Positions 20,519 through 31,688 of a stretch of DNA of 64,000 bases are shown piece after piece (positions within the stretch are counted from its first letter, which is position 1; every line of letters starts with the position of its first letter). Under the pieces are notes generated by a model, which was given only the letters and a program-made list of their open reading frames with translations, did not search any database and was not told where the DNA came from. Source of the DNA: Candidatus Eutrophomonas brisbanensis. Lineage in GTDB: Bacteria; Pseudomonadota; Gammaproteobacteria; Burkholderiales; Eutrophovitaceae. The DNA is taken from the NCBI GenBank assembly GCA_038141705.1, contig JAYQIQ010000001.1, positions 278,600-342,599 on the forward strand. Direction: 5' to 3'. Made by a program: the position numbers and the translations under genes.

Positions 20519-20972
20519 TCATTTCTGCTGAGTATGGCGCGACTCAACGGTAAACCTCACACTTATTGGGCCGACCTTTTGAAAATGAAATACTGCCTGA
20601 AAATGTTTTCCAACTGTTAGCGGCTCTTTTATATCGAACAACATCAGATGCAACCCACCTGGCTTTAACTCAACCGCCCCCCCTTCGGAACGACTAGTCC
20701 ATCCGGTAGCCCCTCATCCGCATAACCCCATCCTGGATCGACATTTCGTGAATCTCAAAAAAACCTACCACGTCAGAGGTGACTTTTAGCAACTTATCAT
20801 TCATGACGCCGGTATTCCGCAGCAAGCAATAACCCGCTGTAAAATCCTGTCCCCCGACTGGCTCTCTAACCGAAGCTTTCGATACATCGATATCACTTTT
20901 TTCTGCCGCAGCATTGCCGGCACTTAAAAGAAAAAAAACAACAACGATTAACCACTTATTTCTTAAACCCAT
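20519..20972 (-). CDS. Periplasmic copper chaperone PCu(A)C (frameshifted)
   Basis: Signal peptide; EIHEMSIQDGVMRM then LKPGGLHLML in the shifted frame. Confidence 0.85.
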
Positions 20973-21025
20973 ACCGAAACCTCATCAACTGTTTTGGACC
21001 CAATGAACACATCACAAAGAAAAGA

Positions 21026-22288
21026 TTATTTCCGTCGCACCTTCGTGTCAAAACTCGACAGTCCATCCTCCTTGAGCTGAAGCAACAAACCCAAACCGAC
21101 ACCAACACCAATCGCGACTGTGAGATCCACGAGCACCGTTAAACCAAAGGTGATCCATAGCAAGAATCTCTCTCCTAGTTTTCCTTCCTTGAGAAAAGGT
21201 CAACCAATTACCTGGATCACTCATGTTCCACGCAACGTGAATTAAGAGAGCAGCCATGGCTGGCATTAAGAGATGACTAGCTAACGGTGCCGCAAAAAAA
21301 GATATCGCTAAAACTGTGATCGCATGAACCATACCTGCGACAGGAGTCCTCCCCCAGCCCGAAAATTTGTTGCAGTTCTCGCGATTGCACCAGTGGCCGG
21401 AAGGCCACCAAAAAGTGAGGATCCGATATTTGCAACCCCCTGCGCTACGATCTCCGCATTAGGCCTGTGCTGGTCGCCTGTCATACGGTCCGAGACGACC
21501 GCCGACAACAAGGACTCGATCCCAGCTAAAAACGCGATAACGATTGATGATGGCAGCATTTCGGCTACCAATGCATACGAGATCTGCGGAAAATCGAATT
21601 TAATTGTGTCGAAGTCGAGCACTCCAAATTGCGAACCTAGCGTCTCGACATCAAATCCAAAGTACCAAGATACCGAGGACATAAAGATAAGAACTGCGAT
21701 CAGCCCAGGAACTCTCGGAAAGAATTTCCGAAACGCCGAAATCAAAAAAATAGTCGATACACCAATAGAAAAAGCCGTGATATTGGTTGTCGGAAGAGCA
21801 TCAAATATCACAGGAACCTTTTGCATAAAATCCGCGGGAACAGCAAGTGTGAGCCCTAGAAAGTCCCTAATTTGGCTCGATGCAATAATTAGGGCTATCC
21901 CAAGGGTGAAACCATGGACAACGGCAGCAGGTACATAACGTATCAATGAACCTAGCCCGAAAAAACCTGCAGCCAATAAGATCACTCCAGCCATGGCAGT
22001 TGCCAGGAGCAACCCATCAAAACCGTGCGCATGGATGACACCGTAGACCACTACGATAAATGCGCCAGTGGGACCGCCAATTTGGATACTGCTTCCACCC
22101 AACATGGAAATCAGAAATCCAGCGACCACCGCCGTAACGAGCCCAGTCTCAGGTCTTGCTCCCGAAGCAATTGCAATTGCAAGACTAAGTGGAATGGCCA
22201 CAAGCGCTACGGTGATCCCCGCGAGCACGTCTCCGCGAAACAGCGTAACGTTATAATCTTGTAAGCTCGTAAGCAATTTCGGTTTCAT
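21026..22288 (-). CDS. SulP-family anion transporter without STAS domain (frameshifted)
   Basis: AGITVALVAIPLSLAIAIASG, QIGGPTGAF, PATGAIARTATN; last TM LTVLVDLTVAIGVG followed by a stop at 21026. Confidence 0.88.
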
Positions 22289-22325
22289 ATCGACTTTTCG
22301 ATCATGACAACTTCACCAGACCAAA

Positions 22326-22970
22326 ATGACACGAAGAAAAAAGATAATTACCACTAGTGTAATCGTATTAATCACTATTGGCTTAGCCTCCTGGGGTCCG
22401 ATCATGAGTAACGTCGAAAAACCAGACTACATTGTGACGCTCACTAAAAAAAATATAGAGATAAGAGAATATAGCCCGATGATAACCGCGTCTGTGAGAG
22501 TTTCGGGCGAACGAAAGGAAGCGATAAGAAAGGGGTTCCGTTTAGTTGCAGACTACATTTTTGGTAACAATGCTATCAATACCAAAATCGCTATGACGGC
22601 ACCGGTTCAACAACGGGACAGTCAAAAAATCGCTATGACCGCGCCAGTTCAACAACAGCGGGATGGGCAGTCTTGGGAGATTAGTTTTGTGATGCCCAAA
22701 GAACACTCCATTGATACCCTTCCAACCCCAAAGAATTCAGAAGTTACGCTATCGGAAGTAGCATCAAAACAATTCGTGGTTATAAAATTTTCAGGAAGAA
22801 ATACGGATTCAAATATCGAGGAATATACGAATCAGCTCGAGAAATTTGCGGTCGATAACTCGATACAAACGATCGGATCACCCAAGTACGCTTTCTACAA
22901 CCCTCCTTGGACCCTCCCCTTCCTCAGACGTAACGAGGTCATGCTGGAGCTGGCCCCGCAGTTGGACTAG
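22326..22970 (+). CDS. SOUL heme-binding protein
   Basis: GFRLVADYIFGNN, KIAMTAPV, FYNPPWTLPFLRRNEV. Confidence 0.92.
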   Translation: MTRRKKIITTSVIVLITIGLASWGPIMSNVEKPDYIVTLTKKNIEIREYSPMITASVRVSGERKEAIRKGFRLVADYIFGNNAINTKIAMTAPVQQRDSQKIAMTAPVQQQRDGQSWEISFVMPKEHSIDTLPTPKNSEVTLSEVASKQFVVIKFSGRNTDSNIEEYTNQLEKFAVDNSIQTIGSPKYAFYNPPWTLPFLRRNEVMLELAPQLD

Positions 22971-22985
22971 CAATTATCACGGCCC

Positions 22986-23014
22986 TTGCTTTATGATCGG
23001 TACATGTGTATAAA
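22986..23014 (+). promoter_or_regulatory. Putative sigma70 promoter for the second DEAD-box helicase
   Basis: TTGCTT-N17-TATAAA. Confidence 0.55.
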
Positions 23015-23359
23015 GCACGCCTGAGATCCGCTTAACTCTTATATTTTTCTGGTTAGAACCAAGTCATTGGTCTCCATCAAAAAAGGTCGGTTTGATCTGC
23101 ATCTGAAAGTGAAAACCTCGTTTAAGAGCTAAAACTAAGTCTGTTTCGATTTATTTAGGGACACACTCTGAGCTGTCGTCAATGAAGCTTGGACAAACCA
23201 ACGAAAAACCGCCTTTTTTGGAACTCAAAGTGCAGAAGTTAAATTCATGTGGCCAGTTTGGTTTTTCCATTTTTCGAGTTAACGCTTGAGAAAACGAGAA
23301 TCCAGGAAACTTTTGAGACTGACCAAACTTCTTTGAAAAATATATTACGGACTAAATTA

Positions 23360-24547
23360 ATGAACACATTTGAAGCAATTGGTTTGCCTAAATCAATATT
23401 AGCCAGACTTAGTAACAAACAATTTTTAACTCCGACTCCCATTCAAGCAGAAGCTATCCCTCACGCGCTTGCAGGAAAGGATATCCTGGGCTCAGCACAA
23501 ACTGGCACTGGAAAAACTTTGGCGTTCGGTATTCCTTTAATCACCCACCTAGTCGAGTCGAGGCAAAGTCGTGCGTTAGTGATGACCCCGACGAGAGAAT
23601 TAGCCGCGCAAGTATTAAAGGAAATCCATTCGATTCTCCCTAAAGAGGAGAGAATTTCGACTGCATTATTGATTGGCGGCGAAGCAATGCCCAAACAATT
23701 TAGGCAGCTAGATAAATCCCCACGAATTATTGTCGGTACCCCAGGTAGGATTAATGATCATTTGAGAAGGCGCAGTTTAAATCTGAAGCACACTGACTTC
23801 CTGGTTTTAGACGAAACGGATCGGATGCTCGATATGGGCTTTTTGGAGCAGATAGAGGATATCCTGAAGATCACCGCTAAAAACCGGCAGACACTTTTAT
23901 TCTCAGCAACCTTGCCAAAGAATATTGTTCGGATATCCGAGAGCTACCTCAATTCTCCTGTTCGAGTTGCAATTAAAGGAGAAAAAATTACGGCGAGTAA
24001 CATCTCAGAAAAGGTAATGCATGTAACCGATGGTGAAAAATATTCGAAGCTGGTGGATCAGCTTGATGTCGATTCAGGACCTACGATCATTTTCGTAAAA
24101 ACCAAAAGAAGCGCCGACAAGATGGCAGAGAGGTTATCAAAAACTGGCCGTGTAGCAAACGCATTACACGGAGACCTCAGACAGTCGAAACGAGATCGTT
24201 TAGTAGAGCAATTTAGGAAGAAAAGATATCGAATCCTAGTTGCAACCGACGTCGCATCCCGAGGTTTAGACATAAAACATATAGAACACGTTATTAACTA
24301 TGATTTGCCTCAAGTCCCAGAGGACTACGTGCATCGCATTGGTCGAACCGCACGTGCTGGGGCAGAAGGTTCAGCCTTGAGTCTAGTCACACCCGCTGAC
24401 AAAAGAAAATGGGCAGCTATTTCTCGACTGGTAAACCCTCAAGCCGAAAAAACAAAAGAGGATGGCAAGCCGAAGGGAAACAGAAGACGCCCTAGAAATC
24501 GTAGAGCTAGAAACCGTAACGGTTCGCAATTTTTGTTAGCCGCTTAG
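23360..24547 (+). CDS. DEAD-box RNA helicase (DETD variant)
   Basis: AQTGTGKT, PTRELA, LDETDRML, SAT, HRIGRTAR; basic C-terminal tail; start taken at MNTFEAIGL. Confidence 0.92.
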   Translation: MNTFEAIGLPKSILARLSNKQFLTPTPIQAEAIPHALAGKDILGSAQTGTGKTLAFGIPLITHLVESRQSRALVMTPTRELAAQVLKEIHSILPKEERISTALLIGGEAMPKQFRQLDKSPRIIVGTPGRINDHLRRRSLNLKHTDFLVLDETDRMLDMGFLEQIEDILKITAKNRQTLLFSATLPKNIVRISESYLNSPVRVAIKGEKITASNISEKVMHVTDGEKYSKLVDQLDVDSGPTIIFVKTKRSADKMAERLSKTGRVANALHGDLRQSKRDRLVEQFRKKRYRILVATDVASRGLDIKHIEHVINYDLPQVPEDYVHRIGRTARAGAEGSALSLVTPADKRKWAAISRLVNPQAEKTKEDGKPKGNRRRPRNRRARNRNGSQFLLAA

Positions 24548-24573
24548 GCCTTAGCACGGACGCTTTGGGTATT

Positions 24574-24602
24574 TGAGGTTCCCCGCAACGAGGGAACCTC
24601 AA
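24574..24602. terminator. Hairpin between convergent genes, probable terminator
   Basis: TTGAGGTTCCC-CGCAACGA-GGGAACCTCAA inverted repeat. Confidence 0.65.
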
Positions 24603-24648
24603 TCACTGATGCCAAAAAACTGCTCTACTAATCGTTTTTCGGGCTGCG

Positions 24649-25569
24649 TCAGGCCTGCCACGAGAGATCTTTGGCGCTGGGCTTTTTGATATCAAAACAA
24701 CCTCGTACCTCATCAATATTTTGTATTGTTACCGTAGCTTTTAGATTCACAGCCGGCTGAACTTTACTGGATATTTTTTCGTCTTTACTCATCACGATAC
24801 CGTTGTGTCGATGTTGATTGGGCTCAACAAAAATATCGAAGGTTCCAGTTCGTAAAATCTCCTCTGCTAGCTCTCCCGCAATCGGAGCATTCCATCTCGC
24901 GAGCTTTGGATTTCTATGTTCAATAAAAGTCTGTGATCCCGACTTTATCGCGACCGAATCATACCAATCCCAAAGAGTCACAGAATAGAGTTCTGCTCCA
25001 CCTTGATTTAAGTCCAACCATTTTTTTCCATCGGAATAAAGCAATATCTCGCTGTAATTCTGACGATTTTTACATACTGCCGTTACATTAGAAAATTTTT
25101 CATCAGCAGGGAAAAAGTAAAGGACGTTAGTAAAATTTTCAAAGGTTACATCTACTCCATCTGCTTGATGCCAGTGTTGGTGTCGGTCGAGATATCCATT
25201 ATCTATGTTCAACCAACGGTCATTGACATCTGCAACAATTACTGGAGGTGCGCTCTCAAATCCTGCCTCACTCACGGACAATGCTGAATTTTTAAGGTCG
25301 TATGATTGGGAGACATCGCTCGCCGCTAGATTAGCCAGATCGATTCGGTCTTCCGCTACTAATTCTGGAGCTTCTTCATTGACTTGTGCTTTTTTACTCA
25401 ACGCATCCAGCTCACTTTTCATTGGACCAGACTGATTTTCTTTACTCACAGAAAATGTCTCAGCCGATTGAATTGTTACCTCTCTGGCATTTGGACTGGC
25501 TACAAAATACAGTACTCCTATCACACCCAGAGCTCCAGCTACAGACCCATACGTAATAAACCGATTCAT
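24649..25569 (-). CDS. Hypothetical membrane-anchored/exported protein
   Basis: SD AAGGGAG before MNRFITY; N-terminal TM; about 306 aa; no recognised family. Confidence 0.7.
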   Translation of the reverse strand: MNRFITYGSVAGALGVIGVLYFVASPNAREVTIQSAETFSVSKENQSGPMKSELDALSKKAQVNEEAPELVAEDRIDLANLAASDVSQSYDLKNSALSVSEAGFESAPPVIVADVNDRWLNIDNGYLDRHQHWHQADGVDVTFENFTNVLYFFPADEKFSNVTAVCKNRQNYSEILLYSDGKKWLDLNQGGAELYSVTLWDWYDSVAIKSGSQTFIEHRNPKLARWNAPIAGELAEEILRTGTFDIFVEPNQHRHNGIVMSKDEKISSKVQPAVNLKATVTIQNIDEVRGCFDIKKPSAKDLSWQA

Positions 25570-25778
25570 ATTCGAGACTCCCTTTTTAAATTTTGAAATT
25601 AGTGCGAACACTGATTCGCTCGAAACGTAGGTTAGATAACTGGTATGGAAGAACAATGGTAGGGATATTGCGATTTTATGGTGGCGCTCTATCAGCCAGG
25701 GAGCGAAAATACCGCCATCGTGAAAAAGTAAATTATGTCATCTGGGATTTGGAGTATATTGCGTCCTCGGTATATATC

Positions 25779-25852
25779 GCGGGCGTAGTTCAATGGCAGA
25801 ACGGGAGCTTCCCAAGCTCTTAATGTGGGTTCGATTCCCATCGCCCGCTCCA
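25779..25852 (+). tRNA. tRNA-Gly(CCC)
   Basis: GCGGGCG/CGCCCGC stem, TT-CCC-AA loop, GTTCGATTC, CCA. Confidence 0.95.
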
Positions 25853-25867
25853 TTCGAAAGGCTGTTA

Positions 25868-26113
25868 ATGGATCCGCTAATTTTTTGCGTTTTAATCTAC
25901 GTTGTCATGAGCCTTTCCGCTAATACCGTAAAGCAAGTTCTCGTATTTGGAGTCATATTGGGTTCGGCGATCTACACAATCGTCCTTACGTCCCTCTCGA
26001 TCCCGCCAACGGTGTTTGGAATTGCAGCTGCGCTCACGGGTGGAGTAATCCTACTAGGACTATCTACGTGGTTTAAAAAAGGATTTTTAAAGATCTGGCG
26101 TAGAGACGCCTGA
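25868..26113 (+). CDS. Small hypothetical membrane protein
   Basis: MDPLIFCVLIYVV...; three hydrophobic segments; true start must follow the tRNA. Confidence 0.55.
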   Translation: MDPLIFCVLIYVVMSLSANTVKQVLVFGVILGSAIYTIVLTSLSIPPTVFGIAAALTGGVILLGLSTWFKKGFLKIWRRDA

Positions 26114-26198
26114 AAGGATTTTCACCCGCCCTTCAGTCAGTTCGGCTTTTCGATAAAAGAGTGAGCCGAGCTATTGGCAGCACGAGACAGGAGATGAA

Positions 26199-26275
26199 TG
26201 GGGTGGACGATGGGGCTCGAACCCACGACAACCGGAATCACAATCCGGGACTCTACCAACTGAGCTACGTCCACC
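26199..26275 (-). tRNA. tRNA-His(GTG)
   Basis: CCGGA-TTGTGAT-TCCGG anticodon arm, G-1, CCA. Confidence 0.96.
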
Positions 26276-26308
26276 ACTGGACTACAACAGCAGCTGAGGG
26301 CCAATAAC

Positions 26309-26385
26309 TGGCACGCCCGACAGGAATCGAACCTGTAACCCCCAGCTTAGAAGGCTGGTGCTCTATCCGATTGAGCTACGGGCGC
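26309..26385 (-). tRNA. tRNA-Arg(TCT)
   Basis: CCAGC-CTTCTAA-GCTGG anticodon arm, CCA. Confidence 0.96.
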
Positions 26386-26411
26386 AACTCGTCGGCCACA
26401 GCCACTTTTTA

Positions 26412-26488
26412 TGGTCGGGGTGGAGAGATTCGAACTCCCGACATCCTGCTCCCAAAGCAGGCGCGCTACCAGACTGCGCTACACCCCG
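26412..26488 (-). tRNA. tRNA-Pro(TGG)
   Basis: CCTGC-TTTGGGA-GCAGG anticodon arm, CCA. Confidence 0.96.
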
Positions 26489-26498
26489 GAGGCGCGAG

Positions 26499-26527
26499 AC
26501 TATAGCCTGTAAACACTCTCAGGTCAA
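26499..26527 (-). promoter_or_regulatory. sigma70 promoter of the Pro-Arg-His tRNA operon
   Basis: TTGACC-N17-TATAGT followed by a GC-rich discriminator. Confidence 0.75.
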
Positions 26528-26624
26528 TGTACCCTAACAGTTTTACCGTAAAAATGGCAAGTTTCTCCGCAATCTGGTATAAAGGTCGGCTTTTTAAACC
26601 ATTGCGACTTCAACCAACGAAAAA

Positions 26625-27047
26625 ATGCCGTCAGAACTAAAGAATCCATTTAAGCCGTACGAGCCGAAAAAAGGTGAGGCTTACATGTCTACCAAACAAA
26701 AGAATCATTTTAAAAAGATCCTCAACCACCTAAAAGCCGAGCTCGGACAGGACATTGATAAGACCGTCCACACGATGCAGGATGAGGCCACTGTATTTGC
26801 AGATCCTAATGATAGGGCGAGTCAGGAATCAGATATGGCGCTCGAACTTCGAAACCGGGATCGTGAACGAAAATTGATCAAAAAAATCAATGAGACAATC
26901 TCTCGCATAGAGTCCGGGGATTATGGGTACTGCGATACGTGCGGGATAGAAATTGGCTTAAAGCGTCTTGAGGCAAGACCAACAGCAAATCTTTGTATTG
27001 ACTGCAAAACGCTGGATGAGATGCGTGAGCGCCAAATGGCAAAATAA
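26625..27047 (+). CDS. dksA: RNA polymerase-binding protein DksA
   Basis: DPNDRA coiled-coil tip; CxxC...CIDCK zinc finger. Confidence 0.96.
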   Translation: MPSELKNPFKPYEPKKGEAYMSTKQKNHFKKILNHLKAELGQDIDKTVHTMQDEATVFADPNDRASQESDMALELRNRDRERKLIKKINETISRIESGDYGYCDTCGIEIGLKRLEARPTANLCIDCKTLDEMRERQMAK

Positions 27048-27098
27048 AAACGTCTTAACATTGGATAGCCCCAGTTCGCGTTCGCGAGGTGTAGTTTT

Positions 27099-27938
27099 TC
27101 AGTGGGAAATTTTGACCGCTAACCCAAGATCCAGAATTTTTTTCGAAAACGACTCTAACCAACTCAAATCAAGCCGAGAAATTCTTGGCGCCTCGGGCTG
27201 ATAGGACTTTCGCGCTACCCCGTACAGTAATACTCCCCGAACTTTCGCGTTTAGAGCCACATCTCGCAAAAACTTTAAATAACTATTCTGCTCGTGCTCA
27301 GAAGGTGGCAAGCCGTCAAAATCAAAAACGCATGTCTGTATCCACGTATCGCATAGGGAAGCTACCGTTTCTAAATTAGAACTGGTTTTACGCAATGAAA
27401 ACGGAGAGTCGTTGATACGAGCAACCCCCTCCTTCGTAACGCTATCGACCTTAAACCAAACCTCCCCGGTTATCGTCTTTAACTGCCTAATCCCGAGCTG
27501 AACATCTTTTTGATGAATAAGACTTCCGTTTGTTATCAAAACAGTTTTTACGCTAGCATCAACAGAAAGATCAGATCGTGTTTGCGCCACCAATTCGACC
27601 ACATCGGAAAAGTTTGGCGACGAAGTCGGCTCACCATTTCCAGAAAACGCTATGTCGTTGAGACGCCGCATCTCCTCTGGAATTTCTTCGCTCAAGTAAT
27701 TACCCACCAGAACTTTTTGAAGAAAACTCGTTAACTCAAACTTGAGATCTGGTAACGATACCGGTAAAGGAGCGCCCCTCACGAGATTTGGAACCTGGCA
27801 ATAAATGCATCGCCAGTTGCACGCATTATTGGTATTTAAGTTGATTCCCACGGAGAGGCCACCTGCACGGCGAGACACGACCGGATACACATATTTGTAT
27901 CCCCTCAAATCTCTGTCATGGTTTTCGGTTGTCAACAT
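27099..27938 (-). CDS. Radical SAM protein
   Basis: YVYPVVSRRAGGLSVGINL; CNWRCIYC; FSGNGEPT. Confidence 0.9.
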   Translation of the reverse strand: MLTTENHDRDLRGYKYVYPVVSRRAGGLSVGINLNTNNACNWRCIYCQVPNLVRGAPLPVSLPDLKFELTSFLQKVLVGNYLSEEIPEEMRRLNDIAFSGNGEPTSSPNFSDVVELVAQTRSDLSVDASVKTVLITNGSLIHQKDVQLGIRQLKTITGEVWFKVDSVTKEGVARINDSPFSLRKTSSNLETVASLCDTWIQTCVFDFDGLPPSEHEQNSYLKFLRDVALNAKVRGVLLYGVARKSYQPEAPRISRLDLSWLESFSKKILDLGLAVKISH

Positions 27939-27979
27939 TATTGAATTAGTAACCCGTCACATCAGCATCGCAAATCTGC

Positions 27980-28353
27980 TTATTCATGAATAAGGTCAGA
28001 TTTTTCTAAAACGATTGGCTCACCGTGGGGCGTTCGTTGACAAGCTCGCCTCCATCCACGCACGTGCTCAGATAGCGTACGTCATCAACCAACCCCTTGG
28101 ACATCAATAAGTCCTCCAATGCGCGCAATGCATGTTCATAGTATGTATCACCGAGATCTGGATCCCCGCTGGCTTGCCCAAGTTTAATCTGTTGACCCAG
28201 CGCCTCCGACCACTCTTCCCAGGTGAATAACCCTTGCGCCTGCAGACTGACCATGAGAGCGAAGGTATCTGCCTGCCAAGGCTCAGCAAAGGTCTCGAGC
28301 ATAATGCCCTCAGGCAATCTATCGAAAATATCCGATAACTTGGTCTCAGTCAT
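27980..28353 (-). CDS. Nitrile hydratase accessory (P14K-like) protein; C-terminal frameshift
   Basis: FAEPWQA, GLFTWEEWS, YYEH..RALE; TPHGEPIVL in a shifted frame ending at 27980. Confidence 0.88.
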
Positions 28354-29015
28354 TTCTCGGTCGCAGGCTTCAAATAGGGCTCAAACGCATCGATAGAAAC
28401 CGTTGATCGACGATCCGCCCTCTCTCCCCACAACTCTGACGCAGAAAATACCACTGTGTACAGCCACTGAGGACTCTCTGAGCCTTCGGATACCACAGCA
28501 TCCGGGTAAACATGACATCCACGTATCGCCTCAACAATACCGATTTTATCTTGCGCATATTGGGGGAGCCTGGTGTGGCCGGAGCTCTCAATTGTGAGGG
28601 TCTTAACCTTGGAACCAACTGAGAAACGAGGTTTACGGCTTATCGGTCTTTCAAAGTTACCACGCATGAACGCTTTGTGGATGTTTTTTGTATCCAGCGG
28701 CCTAAGCGCCTTATCAATATCACCATTTGAATGACACGCTTCGAGCTCTGCTATGGAAACAAGTCCTTTTGCGACTGCCGTCGAAGATAACGTATTTAAC
28801 CACCTCTCATAGTAGCTCCACGACAAATATTCCTCCTCAGATATCTGCTCTTGAGCATGTCTGAATACATCAATGTTCCAAACCCCAAGGGATAGGATCG
28901 AACGCTGAAGGCCTAGCACCCTTCCCTCCCAATCGTCGTGAAACGCCGGCTCATTCTCCTCTCGAAAAATCTTACCGTGGGAAAGATCACCCCCTAAATC
29001 GTGTACCTTAGACAT
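28350..29015 (-). CDS. nthB: Nitrile hydratase beta subunit
   Basis: [31 protein letters not shown]. Confidence 0.95.
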   Translation of the reverse strand: MSKVHDLGGDLSHGKIFREENEPAFHDDWEGRVLGLQRSILSLGVWNIDVFRHAQEQISEEEYLSWSYYERWLNTLSSTAVAKGLVSIAELEACHSNGDIDKALRPLDTKNIHKAFMRGNFERPISRKPRFSVGSKVKTLTIESSGHTRLPQYAQDKIGIVEAIRGCHVYPDAVVSEGSESPQWLYTVVFSASELWGERADRRSTVSIDAFEPYLKPATEK

Positions 29016-29655
29016 CCGTCTTCATCCTTGGCATGCTTAGGCAACCCAGTTCCAATCATGCTGTCGCGCGTGATTAGTTTTGAAAGCTCGGATTCACTTA
29101 ACCCCCCTGTATCCTCGGGACGCTCGGGTATAACTAAATAACGAGTCTCCGCAGTGGAGTCCCAAACCTTAATCGACTTGGAGTCACTTACAGTAGTCCC
29201 GAACTCTGTTAATACCCCTCTAGGATCGATCACCACTCTCGAACGATAAGGTGCGGATTTGTACCAAACTGGTGGTAGCCCGAGCACATCCCATGGATAA
29301 CAGGAACAAAGCGTGCAAACGACCACGTTATGAATCTCGGGAGTATTTTCTACCGCTATTAAGTGTTGGCCAACTTCCCCGAAAACCCCAGCATCATTGA
29401 TTGCGCTCGTGGCGTCCTCGAGCAATGCCTTTTAAATTCTGGATCCACCCACGCTCTCGCAATAATTGCAGCACCGATATGGGGCCCCACTTTTGATTCA
29501 AAGTGCTCAATTATTTGGTCGATAACTTTTTTGTCGATATACCCTTTTTGATCAAGTACTGTCTCAAGAGCTTTGACACGGATTTGCAGGTCAGACAAGT
29601 GCGAATGCTCATGATCAATATGCCCTTCGTGATCTGTTTCTTTTGATTTGCTCAC
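28994..29655 (-). CDS. nthA: Nitrile hydratase alpha subunit, cobalt type (frameshifted near 29420)
   Basis: ARAWVDPEF; [10 protein letters not shown] metal site; LITRDSMIG. Confidence 0.95.
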
Positions 29656-29684
29656 TACATCTCTCGCTTTAGTATTTTCAATAA

Positions 29685-31584
29685 CTAACGTTTTGGCGCC
29701 AAACAGATACGATCAAAGAACTCGATTATTCGACTGCCATCTAAAGAACAAACATCTGCGATGTGCTGATCTGGTCGAACTATTATTACGCAACCCATCT
29801 CTCTATTAATTCCTCTGCTAGAGAAAATATCTTCTGCAGAATCTACGCGAGCACAAAAAACCTTCTCATAATCAACCAGGCCGTACTTACCCTTTTTGGG
29901 CAACATAATTTCAGGCAATGGCTCAAGATCTACGTCTCGCACCCCACCCTGAAATATAAATCTCACGTCGATAAAGCTATCGATATCACTGTTGCTACTA
30001 GTATATCTAACAAGCGGAGAGAGCTTATCCTTTACCAAAAACTCACAAAACTTAGCCAGCGCCGCGCCTCCTAAATCAAGGGATGGACAGAATACTAGCA
30101 ATCTCCAACGCCCATCAGCCTCCAGAACCTGGCCAAGCTCCATTTGCTTAGAGTCGGAGACCCGAAGTACCGGATAAGAATGCAACCTCGTTCCAATTTC
30201 AAACCCACTAGCAAGCGTTTGATACGTACGATCTGCGGTCAAAAGGCCCAATGAGTACTTGGTCATAACCCCCGCTGTATAGCGGCCGTGACGAATAAAA
30301 TATTCCTCGAAGTCGTTCGTTACGCCATCTGATTTTTTCTTATCTTGCGCACCGAATATTTCGGAGAAAACCTTATCGAACTCAATTAATTCGTTCGCAA
30401 TTCCCCAACGCTCCTCTGAGTATGTTTTTAGGATATCGTTCTTCAATACGCCACTTAGAACTGAGCCCAATTTCCAGCCCAAATTAAAGCCATCTTGTAT
30501 TGAGACATTCATACCTTGACCGGCCTTAGGACTGTGCGTGTGACAAGCATCACCTGCGAGAAATACTCGTGGAAATGAATTTTTGCCCATGCCTCGGTCA
30601 TCAAACTTCGTGGCGATGCGCTGACCTATTTCATAAGCCGACCACCAGACGATCTCATGGCAATCAATCTCGAAAGGAGACAGAATTGCCTTCGCCTTTG
30701 CAATTAGATAATCGGCTGTAACATCAGCTCTCCCTATTTTTCCCTTACCTGATATCGAATCGAGTTCGATATAAAGGCGAACCATGTAACCACCTTCACG
30801 CGGAATAATAAGCAAAGTTCCCAGCTCTTTGGATCGAATAATAGACTTGCGACGAATATCGGGAAAATCGGTGGTCAACAAAATATCCATGACGCCCCAG
30901 ACTTTATCAGCCCTGTCACCGATTTGATCAATCTCAAGACAAGCTCGTACCGCACTACGCGCTCCATCACAACCCACAATAAATTTTGTGGAAAATCTTT
31001 TTTAACGAACCCGTGTCCAAATCTTTTACGGTCGCGGTCAACCCTGTTGAATCACCATCTCCACTCCCGTCCCTCTCAATATCGATTAACTCTTTGGAGT
31101 AATAGGGAACAGTTGGACTGCGCCCAGAGCCCGCCAGGTCGAGTAAAAAATCTTGAATCCGTGCCTGACTAAGAATCACATGAGGTTGATGCGAGATTCC
31201 CTCCTCAACATCTCGGATGACCCGTTTGCGAATTAAATTATCCCGACCACTGTCACTCTCCCAGAAAGCAGTCTCGTTTACCCAATAGGCCTCCTCAAGG
31301 ACGCGCCATGAAAAACCTAAAGCTTCGAAGGTTTCCATTGACCTACAAGCTACTCCATCCGCCTGACCAAGCAACAGCCGACCTGGCCGTTTTTCTATGA
31401 GGCAGATGTTGAGTCCTGGAAACTTTGTGAGAGACGCTGCGAGCGTCAATCCAGCTGGGCCCGCTCCAACGATTAATACATCAACTTGCTCAATATCACC
31501 CCATTTCGGAATGTGATGATTTTGATCAACGGATCCTTGGCTACGAGGATCCCCAGGATGATGTCCATTGAGGTGATATTGCAT
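29685..31584 (-). CDS. FAD-dependent phenol 2-monooxygenase / 3-hydroxybenzoate hydroxylase family (frameshifted)
   Basis: GAGPAGL, GQADG, GCDGARS, GDACHTHSPKAGQGMN, C-terminal VRPDQH thioredoxin-like domain. Confidence 0.9.
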
Positions 31585-31688
31585 GGCTAGATTTTAAAGT
31601 TTTCGACTATTTCGCTAGCAACCAGAAGTTCAACGATATTAGTAGTAGGATTATGATGACTAAATAAGAAGTTATCACGTAGAAAGAC

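Noticed and set aside
22583-22670. Tandem duplication encoding KIAMTAPVQQ twice
   Set aside because: A repeated IAMTAPV segment is a normal feature of bacterial SOUL proteins
25793-25867. N-terminus of ORF 25793-26113, and ORFs overlapping tRNA-Ser (32029-32298) and tmRNA (53883-54110, 54292-54828)
   Set aside because: Spurious frames across RNA genes
27099-27938. Radical SAM enzyme as a nitrile hydratase maturase or RiPP modifier
   Set aside because: NHase maturation is not known to need radical SAM, no precursor peptide or SPASM domain is visible, and adjacency alone is insufficient
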